From Babesia bigemina (Eukaryota): a stretch of 32,522 nucleotides of DNA. The stretch lies in NCBI RefSeq assembly GCF_000981445.1, contig NW_012237351.1, forward strand, positions 1 to 32,522. Direction: 5' to 3'. The notes under the pieces were generated by a model that was not told where the DNA came from, ran no database searches, and was given only the letters and a program-made list of their open reading frames with translations. Position 1 is the first letter of the stretch. Each line of letters opens with the position of its first letter. Shown here piece after piece: positions 1-8,369 of the stretch. The translations under genes and the position numbers were made by a program.

Positions 1-286
1 ACATCGCTCCCTAACCCACTCTACATCGCCCCTTTATCCATCTACATCGCCCCTTATCCACTCTACATCGCTCCTTTATCCACTCTACATCGCTCCTTAA
101 CCCACTCTACATCGCCCCTTAACCCACTCTACATCGCTCCCTTACCCACTCTACATCGCCCCTTAACCCACTCTACATCGCCCCTTTACCCACTCTACAT
201 CGCTCACTAATCCACTCCACATCGCTCCCTAACCCACTCTACATCGCCCCTTTATCCACTCTACATCGCCCCTTTATCCACTCTAC
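1..286. repeat. 22-bp minisatellite array (consensus about CCACTCTACATCGCYCCTWWAY), truncated by window start, upstream of gene 1
   Basis: About 13 units of 21-22 bp with a near-invariant ACATCGC core, read directly; ends about 10 bp before the ATG at 296. Confidence 0.97.
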
Positions 287-295
287 TATACCGCT

Positions 296-894
296 ATGAC
301 CTCTATAAACCATGACTATAACTTGTGCCTTGTCACCCTTCACTTCCCTCTTCCACCTCTTGCCACTGCCAAGTCCCATCATGTTCACCCTAACTCCAAA
401 TCTTTGGAATTACTTCGTATTATTACCGCTATGACCTCTATAAACCTTTATAATAATTTGCTGATACTGACCATTCTCTCACTGACGATGCTACGAGAAG
501 AGACTTGAATGACATTGACTCCAAGCTCATTAGCCTTGGTCACCTTGCTGGCCAGCTTGGAGGATTTGTTGGTGAGAGTGAGAGTGTTAAGAAAGCCGTT
601 AAGAATGCTTTAGATATCCTTACTGAACGGCAAAAAAAGTGTAAAAACTTTCAAAATGATATTCATAATAATCTTGATTGTCAAGATCCTTCGAATTGTC
701 AGAGCATCAAGGAGAAGATAGAGAAACTTGAGAACTTTAAAAAAGCAAATGAAAGCAACACAAATTATCCACATGATTTGCTTAATAACCTATGCACTGG
801 CCTCGAAACCTTCCTCGGCTTCAACTCTGAGTCAAAAGGCTACGACGGCACTGGCATTGTCTACTCTGACCTGGACAGGCTGTGTGACGGGGTG
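296..894 (+). pseudogene. Disrupted 5' leader of ves-like gene 1 (duplicated start region, frameshifted relative to the main ORF)
   Basis: CCGCTATGACCTCTATAAACC occurs twice (ATG 296 and ATG 431). Both ATGs are in a frame that stops at 506-508. The main frame is open only from 457 (TAA at 454-456) and has no ATG until 895. Confidence 0.65.
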
Positions 895-3800
895 ATGGGA
901 TTTTTGAGTGGTGTTCTCAGTAACATCCAAGGCCATTTAGGGCAGCATAAAAATACTTTAGATGATGCAATTACGTCACTTAACACCAATAAACACCTTG
1001 GTAAAAAAGGTTTTAATATTGCGATTGGAAGTGTGGTCGCAGGGGTGCGGGGGTATAATAAGGCAGTGGAGCAGTCGAACAGAAAGGTGAGTGAACCGAT
1101 AAAAACGCTGCAAGAATGTATCGCACAACAGGAAAATAAGGTTAATAGATTAACAGGAGATGATGAAAAAGCGGTACAGATAGCTGATCAGCTGGCTGAT
1201 CTGACTATCAAGGCGGCCTCGCACTTTTTGAATGATTTGATAGATGCGGAACGAAATTCAAGCGCTGTAAGTGATTTGAATTACAAGTGTCAGAGTACAG
1301 TTAACAATGCGCGTAATGCGGTTAAACGTGAATATGAGAGACTTCAAATGACGTTCGACAACCAGAGTCGCGATTTAGGTTACCGTATAAATCAAGTGAA
1401 AAAGGATATAAATATTTTGGAACAGCGAGTGAACAAGTTGGCAAGGAATGGAATAACTAAACTAGTTGAAGAAATCGATAATCAATTAACGACATTTATG
1501 AATATCATTAATAAAGGGCCTAAAAAAGAGTTAGGTGAGTGGTTGACGAATAGTAGGAAGCCGTTCAATCTTGCTGCAGCAACAATGTACGAAGGCATAG
1601 AAAGTTTTAAAGAACAGTATCCTAAAATCAAAACAGAATTAGACGCCATTACGGAAATTCTTGATGGTAGCGGAAAGTCGTCCCCCTCAAATGTGAAGCT
1701 TGAAACTTTGGTCGGTAAAATAACTTCGGCAGTTGCTGCAGTTGGTGACACTTTGCGAGGTCATGTTCAGAATTTGGAGAAGTGGAAGATTCAAGCAGAA
1801 AAGACCGTAAAAAATGCGATTAGGGGGGTTGATAAAATTGTGAATATTTTGGATGGTAAAGAAGCAGGCGACGATATTAAAACGCAGAAAAGAACCGATG
1901 TTGAAAATGCGGCAATCGCATTAAAAGAACAGGCTCAGATACTTATGACAGCTGTGGAAGAGGCAGGAGATGTATTGGGTACTAGGGTTGGCTTGGCTGA
2001 GGATGCAGTTAGACAGTTGGACGAGGGGCTTAGAACCTCTTTGCACAAAATTAAAGGGCGTATTAATGAAGGTCTTTCGCAATATGTGCAAGGCTTGGCG
2101 AACGCTTTGAATAAGGGTATGGAAACTGCTGGAAGTTATAATCAGGGTTTTATCGATTTCAAGGTAGCTCTGCACAGTGTTGCTACAAATCTATATGAAG
2201 CCCTTGACAAAGCCGGTCAGGAAGATAAAAGCTTCGGTGATGGCATGGATAGAGAGCTTCGATCGCTGAAAGTTAACTACAAGCTCCTGGCAGCCAAATC
2301 GCAATTCAAGGGCGTCAAGCAAGCTTTCACACAGGACCTTCATGATAGAGTTGAAGCTCTGTTACCTAGAGATGACGGTACAGGTGTTACATCAGACAAA
2401 GTTGACTTAAAAAACCTTGTGAGTTACGACAGCAGAGCCACAGGCTCGAAGACAGCGCTTGTAAATGCCATAAAAGCGATAGGAACAGATGTCAATAAAA
2501 AGCTTGACAATATTAAGCATCCTGCAGACAGTGGCACAGACATAACCAAGGAAAACATATCAACTGCACATGTCACATTTGACAGATCGTTCCGCTCATT
2601 TGTCAATCATATTGACAGATTGGTTAATGATGGAGATTGGGAAGGTGACCGAAGTGTGAAGGATAACTTGACAAAGCTTCAAAAAATGCTTAACGATGAT
2701 TCAATGAACACATTATATGGCATCGACAAAGGTCTGGAACCCATCACTCGAGAAATTGGCAGCGTCCAATCAACTGATATAGGCCACACCGGCGGCAGAA
2801 TACACGATGCCATAATTCCCGTTAGTCAACAAGTTAAAGCATTAGTACAAGCGTCCACTAATACCAAAACCCCGGACTCCGAGCTTGTTAAACTTGTCCG
2901 CAGCATACCAGAAGATATGCAAAAAGTGAGTGACAGCATTGATGATGTGATACGAGTTGTTGAAGATGCTGACATTCAATTGCACCAGTGGGTTATCTCC
3001 GTGCAAAAATATATTGCTACCCTCGAGCCGACACGTGAGCAATATATTCGACAGTTCACCACGCAACTTACGGAAGATGTGTCATTGACTAAATCCGCCA
3101 TTATCGCCGACATTCGTAAACGTTATGTGCGATCGGTAAAAAGGCAACTTGCATACTTTAACATGTCCTCACATGAAATATTAAAACCCCTCCCAGACAT
3201 GGTAGAGGAAGATAAGCATATCGGCTTCAAAGGGTTCATGGAAAGACTCTACAACAGCTTTAACGAAAACATCGTTCCTAAGAAGGAGACAAAAAGTGTC
3301 CGTGATCTGTCCTTCGCCTTCCACAATTTCTGCTCACCACTCCACGACTACCTCAAAGCAGAGATCGGCAGAGAGAACGACGACAACCATGCCAAGAAAC
3401 ACCCTTCGTCTCAGAGGTCCACAAACAACTACGCCGACGCTGTTGACTGCGTGAAAAATGAACTTGAGAAATTAGTTAACCAAATCAGAGCCGGCAACAG
3501 GTATGATCATCACGTACCCCGCCTCCTCGACGGACTGACCGATGCGATCGACGGCCTACACCCTGAGTCATTTTCTGAGCCGAACACTCCGCTGCTAGAA
3601 ACCATTGCCCACGGCTTCAGGGGTCTGGTAGGTGAGCTCCGATTCGCGTATATACCGTCATATGATTGTGCTGCGTATGATTTCAAGTGGAATGCTGACG
3701 GTCGGAAGTGCGCGAAGGTATGCCTCACTATAATCCCGGTGCTGTTTAATGAACTTTATCCGTTGTTCTATCATTGCTGCAACGGATGGAAGACTTACAG

Positions 3801-5871
3801 AATTGAGGGTAGAGATAATAAAAATGAATTGAGAGATTATTTACAGAAGCAGGGCTACGCGATTGACAATCTCAAAAAAGACCATGCCGGCAGAGAAGTG
3901 GCTGTGTGTTGCAATGTCGGTTTTAAGGAACGCAACGAATTTGATAAAGATGCGCATGACTTCGAATCTTTGGACAAGTACATTACACATTATGAAGGTA
4001 AAGGCGTTGTGTCTAAACTATTCACCCACCTAAACGACTATTACAAAGTCTGTCACTTATCAACTTCTTCTGCCACCAGGAATCCCTCTTCTGTGTATGA
4101 TATGCTCCAGTGGCTCTGCGGTCTCTCTTACAATGTCGTATACCACGATTTATCATTTGACGGCTTTAGCGCTCTATTTGACAAGCCTGAGGAGTCAGAA
4201 GACGAGGAGGGTGGCGTCTCATTTGGGGATGAAGATGAGGACACTTTGTCAGCCTATCCGCGAAACATTACAGCATCCGACATGAGAGACACGCTAACAG
4301 AAGTTTGCCATTATTCGCACGATGTTCTCGTAGGTCTTATTGGCCATGGACACGCGGACGGAATATACGCGGTGGACTTCAACACTAATTCGCAAGGGTT
4401 CTCGTACCCCTCTCGCTACGGCCAATGCATCGATATGCTAGCAGACATCTTGCATCGTCTTTACCAACAGCTCTACTTCGTATACTGCCAATGCTGCAAC
4501 GACGAAATCTGTTCCGGGTGGCGGGGTTGTTTGTATGGCAATGCAATCGGTGGGTCAGATTGGAAGTGCAATTCAAAGCAATGCGCTGACCAAAAGTGTA
4601 ACCAAAAGGTCAACCAAACGTGTGAGTTACACCCTAAGTGCGGTGTAAAATCCCCGTTACAGTCATACTTAGAGGATGGTTTGCCTGGCTTCTTACCGCA
4701 TTCATTTAAGAAACCAGGTTGTAAACTGGAATGCACGGTGTCCAACCATCGCGGCATACCGTGTAAGACACCGATGGGATTTAATGAAATCAGCGTTATG
4801 GCATCGCATACTAAAAACGGTGAACATCTTAGGAAGGTGCTTGATGCATTTTGTGGAAAGCAGGATAGTCCACTTACGAAACTTTGTGGTTACTTCATGT
4901 GTCTTATGCAGAAACCGCCGCAATCGCTAGGTGATGTATACGCGTATTATTATAGTTATCTCGCGTATTACACTGGCGGCTTTTATGAAGTCACAAAGTC
5001 GCATACGCATACTCAAGCGGCATTCAAAGAAGCCATCAACGAAGCATATTTCGGCAATCAGTATGAAGCTCTTGATCCCAGCACATTGTGCAGTAGTAAA
5101 GTACACAAAAGCAGTCATGCCAACGGTGATCTGATCAGCATCACTGACTGTAAAACCGGCTCGAATAAGCCGTGTGGTCTTTACGTTCAGCCACTGGCAT
5201 TAAACACCTACAGCTATTATTCCAACAAGCATAAGACCAATCACCTGTCTTGGATCGTTTACATCACGGAGACTTTTTACGACCTGTTGAAGAAACTGTA
5301 TGACGACTGCTGTGGAACCTGCAAGAAGCCTGGTAGCAGGTGCTATGAAAAATGCTGTACTGAAGGATGCGAAGTAAAAAAGGCATATGAAGCAATAGAG
5401 TCAAAGAGTGATAACACTGATGCAAAGAAACTCGACGGCAAGAATCACGACAAAAATTGCAAGTCAATAGTACAGTGCCGCAACACACATCCTAATCTGT
5501 ATAAATACGGTTTCACATTCGGCAATCCATTGGGTCTCAGTGGCATCGCAAATAATATAGCTACGCAGAGGACGTGCAAAGATTTCTGTGAAGCGTTGAA
5601 ATTGATGCTTGGTGAGAAATCTCTGCTTATTGAATTACGCAAGCAAATCGATCAATTCTTGTGGGATATTAGAACAAATTTCTCAATCACCGTATTAGCC
5701 CTCTGGCTCCTCTCTCTGCTCTACCTCCTCCACATCATGGTTATCCGCCTCGACCTGCTTCACATCAAATCGCATTTGCATAGTCCCTCATCACATCGTA
5801 TTGCTGCTCAATCGCTACTTGCGGCTGCGCGTGTTAACAAGCTTAACAGGGTGTTTTACCTGCAACCATAA
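895..5871 (+). CDS. Babesia ves-like variant surface antigen ('ebh-like') gene 1; first in-frame ATG 895 (MGFLSGVLSNI), frame open from 457
   Basis: Uninterrupted ORF with the DLDRLCDGVMGF block, Cys-rich domain (SPLQSYLEDGLPGFLPH, CKTPMGF), TM helix (FSITVLALWLLSLLYLLHIMVI) and tail RLDLLHIKSHLHSPSSHRIAAQSLLAAARVNKLNRVFYLQP. The ORF-track start at 505 is TTG, so the true start is uncertain. Confidence 0.85.
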   Translation: MGFLSGVLSNIQGHLGQHKNTLDDAITSLNTNKHLGKKGFNIAIGSVVAGVRGYNKAVEQSNRKVSEPIKTLQECIAQQENKVNRLTGDDEKAVQIADQLADLTIKAASHFLNDLIDAERNSSAVSDLNYKCQSTVNNARNAVKREYERLQMTFDNQSRDLGYRINQVKKDINILEQRVNKLARNGITKLVEEIDNQLTTFMNIINKGPKKELGEWLTNSRKPFNLAAATMYEGIESFKEQYPKIKTELDAITEILDGSGKSSPSNVKLETLVGKITSAVAAVGDTLRGHVQNLEKWKIQAEKTVKNAIRGVDKIVNILDGKEAGDDIKTQKRTDVENAAIALKEQAQILMTAVEEAGDVLGTRVGLAEDAVRQLDEGLRTSLHKIKGRINEGLSQYVQGLANALNKGMETAGSYNQGFIDFKVALHSVATNLYEALDKAGQEDKSFGDGMDRELRSLKVNYKLLAAKSQFKGVKQAFTQDLHDRVEALLPRDDGTGVTSDKVDLKNLVSYDSRATGSKTALVNAIKAIGTDVNKKLDNIKHPADSGTDITKENISTAHVTFDRSFRSFVNHIDRLVNDGDWEGDRSVKDNLTKLQKMLNDDSMNTLYGIDKGLEPITREIGSVQSTDIGHTGGRIHDAIIPVSQQVKALVQASTNTKTPDSELVKLVRSIPEDMQKVSDSIDDVIRVVEDADIQLHQWVISVQKYIATLEPTREQYIRQFTTQLTEDVSLTKSAIIADIRKRYVRSVKRQLAYFNMSSHEILKPLPDMVEEDKHIGFKGFMERLYNSFNENIVPKKETKSVRDLSFAFHNFCSPLHDYLKAEIGRENDDNHAKKHPSSQRSTNNYADAVDCVKNELEKLVNQIRAGNRYDHHVPRLLDGLTDAIDGLHPESFSEPNTPLLETIAHGFRGLVGELRFAYIPSYDCAAYDFKWNADGRKCAKVCLTIIPVLFNELYPLFYHCCNGWKTYRIEGRDNKNELRDYLQKQGYAIDNLKKDHAGREVAVCCNVGFKERNEFDKDAHDFESLDKYITHYEGKGVVSKLFTHLNDYYKVCHLSTSSATRNPSSVYDMLQWLCGLSYNVVYHDLSFDGFSALFDKPEESEDEEGGVSFGDEDEDTLSAYPRNITASDMRDTLTEVCHYSHDVLVGLIGHGHADGIYAVDFNTNSQGFSYPSRYGQCIDMLADILHRLYQQLYFVYCQCCNDEICSGWRGCLYGNAIGGSDWKCNSKQCADQKCNQKVNQTCELHPKCGVKSPLQSYLEDGLPGFLPHSFKKPGCKLECTVSNHRGIPCKTPMGFNEISVMASHTKNGEHLRKVLDAFCGKQDSPLTKLCGYFMCLMQKPPQSLGDVYAYYYSYLAYYTGGFYEVTKSHTHTQAAFKEAINEAYFGNQYEALDPSTLCSSKVHKSSHANGDLISITDCKTGSNKPCGLYVQPLALNTYSYYSNKHKTNHLSWIVYITETFYDLLKKLYDDCCGTCKKPGSRCYEKCCTEGCEVKKAYEAIESKSDNTDAKKLDGKNHDKNCKSIVQCRNTHPNLYKYGFTFGNPLGLSGIANNIATQRTCKDFCEALKLMLGEKSLLIELRKQIDQFLWDIRTNFSITVLALWLLSLLYLLHIMVIRLDLLHIKSHLHSPSSHRIAAQSLLAAARVNKLNRVFYLQP

Positions 5872-5995
5872 TCGTACTCACGTGTTTACTTGCTACACTC
5901 ACCTAGCATCTCACCTACTCACCTAACATAAAAATTGTGCTTTAATCTGTTGTATCACTCATTTATCGTCATATGTGATTGTGTAGTAGTTAACT
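5872..5995 (+). promoter_or_regulatory. Conserved 3' flank / putative 3'UTR element with repeated (A)CTCACCT
   Basis: Highly similar to 29210-29331 and similar to 14037-14155; function inferred only. Confidence 0.55.
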
Positions 5996-6166
5996 AAAGT
6001 GCTGACCAATGCCACGACCAACGTGCTGACCAACGTGCTGACCAAGGTGGTGACCAAGGTGGTGACCAAGGTGCTGACCAATGTGGTGACCAAAGTGCTG
6101 ACCAAAGTGCTGACCAAAGTGCTGACCAAAGTGCTGACCTATGTGCTGACCAAGGTGCTGACCAAG
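5996..6166. repeat. 12-bp minisatellite (GTGCTGACCAAN), about 14 units
   Basis: Direct reading; produces the spurious VLTK-repeat ORF. Confidence 0.96.
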
Positions 6167-6169
6167 TTG

Positions 6170-6788
6170 ATGGTCACGGCAGCGATGACATGGTCACGGC
6201 AGCGATGACATGGTCACGGCAGCGATGGCATGGTCACGGCAGCGATGACATGGACACGGCAGCGATGACTGGTTACGGCAGCGATGACATGGTTACGGCA
6301 GCGATGACATGGTCACGGCAGCGATGACATCTTACGGCAGCGATGACATGGTCACGGCAGCGATGACATGGTCACGGCAGCGATGACATGGTCACGGCAG
6401 CGATGACATGGACACAGCAGCGATGACATGGTCACGGCAGCGATGACATGGTTACCGCGGCGATGACATGGTCACGGCAGCGATGACATGGACACGGCAG
6501 CGATGACATGGTCACGGCAGCGATGTCATGGTCACGGCAGCGATGACATGGTCACGGCAGCGATGACAGGGTTACGGCAGCGATGACAGGGTTACGGCAG
6601 CGGTGACATAGACACGGCAGCGGTGACATAGACACGGCAGCGATGACATGGTTACGGCAGCGATGATATGGTCACGGCAGCGATGACATGGTTACGGCAG
6701 CGATGACATGGACACAGCAGCGATGACATGGTTACGGCAGCGATGACATGGACACAGCAGCGATGACATGGACACAGCAGCGATGACA
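6170..6788. repeat. 20-bp minisatellite (ATGGTCACGGCAGCGATGAC), about 31 units
   Basis: Direct reading, contiguous units without spacers. Confidence 0.97.
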
Positions 6789-6812
6789 GTGGTGACCTAA
6801 GTGGTGATTATC

Positions 6813-8345
6813 ATCCACTCCACATCGCCCCTTACTCCACTCCACATCGCCCCTTATCCACTCTACATCGCCCCTTTATCCACTCCACATCGCCCCTTAA
6901 TCCACTCTACATCGCTCCCTTATCCACTCTACATCGCCCCTTTATCCACTCTACATCGCTCCCTAACCCACTCCACATCGCCCCTTTACCTCCTCTAATC
7001 GCCCCTTTATCCACTCCACATCGCTCCTTTACCCACTCTACATCGCCCCTTTATGCACTCCACATCGCCCCTTTATGCACTCCACATCGCTCCCTAACCC
7101 ACTCTACATCGCTCCCTAACCCACCCTACATCGCTCCCTAACCCACTCTACATCGCCCCTTTACCCACTCTACATCGCCCCTTAACCCACTCTACATCGC
7201 TCCTTTATCCACTCTACATCGCCCCTTAACCCACTCTACATCGCTCCCTAACCCACTCTACATCGCCCCTTAACCCACTCCACATCGCTCCCTAACCCAC
7301 TCTGCATCGCCCCTTAACCCACTCTACATCGCCCCTTAACCCACTCTACATCGCTCCCTAACCCACTCTACATCGCCCCTTAACCCACTCCACATCGCTC
7401 CCTAACCCACTCTACATCGCCCCTTATCCACTCCACATCGCCCCCTTAACCACTCTACATCGCTCCCTAAACCACTCTACATCGCCCCCTTAACCACTCT
7501 ACATCGCTCCCTAAACCACTCTACATCGCTCCCTAAACCACTCCACATCGCTCCTCTATCCACTCTACATCGCTCCCTAACCCACTCTACATCGCTCCTT
7601 TACCCACTCTACATCGCCCCTTAACCCACTCTACATCGCCCCTTTACCCACTCTACATCGCTCCCTAACCCACTCTACATCGCCCCTTTACCCACTCTAC
7701 ATCGCTCCCTAACCCACCTTACATCGCTCCTTTATCCACTCTAAATCGCTCCTTTAACCACTCCACATCGCCCCTTTATCCACTCTACATCGCCCCTTAC
7801 CCACTCTACATCGCTCCCTAACCCACTCTACACCGCCCCCTTATCCACTCCACATCGCTCCCTAACCCACTCTACATCGCTCCTTTATCCACTCTACATC
7901 GCTCCTTTACCCACTCTACATCGCCCCTTAACCCACTCTACATCGCTCCTTTATCCACTCTATATCGCTCCCTAACCCACTCTACATCGCTCCCTTAACC
8001 CACTCTACATCGCTCCCTAATCCACTCTACATCGCCCCTTTACCCACTCCACATCGCTCCCTAATCCACTCCACATCGCCCCTTTACCCACTCTACATCG
8101 CCCCTTTATCCACACTACATCGCCCCTTTATCCACTCCACATCGCCCCTTTATCCACACTACATCGCCCCTTTATCCACTCTACATCGCTCCCTAACCCA
8201 CTCTACATCGCTCCCTAATCCACTCCACTTCGCCCCTTAATCCACTCTACATCGCTCCCTAACCCACTCTTCATCGCTCCCTAACCCACTCTACATCGCC
8301 CCTTTATCCACTCTACATCGCTCCTTTATCTACTCTACATCGCTC
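6813..8345. repeat. 22-bp minisatellite array, about 70 units, upstream of gene 2
   Basis: CCACTCTACATCGCYCC units, C-rich on the + strand; ends about 25 bp before ATG 8370. Confidence 0.97.
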
Positions 8346-8369
8346 TAATTACCTCGCCATAATACCGCT

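Noticed and set aside
6170..8345. CRISPR array interpretation of the 20/22-bp repeats
   Set aside because: Units are contiguous with no unique spacers, no cas genes are present, and the context is eukaryotic.
6813..8345. True telomere or chromosome end
   Set aside because: Telomere-like motifs are embedded singly in 22-bp units and the arrays are interstitial, between genes.
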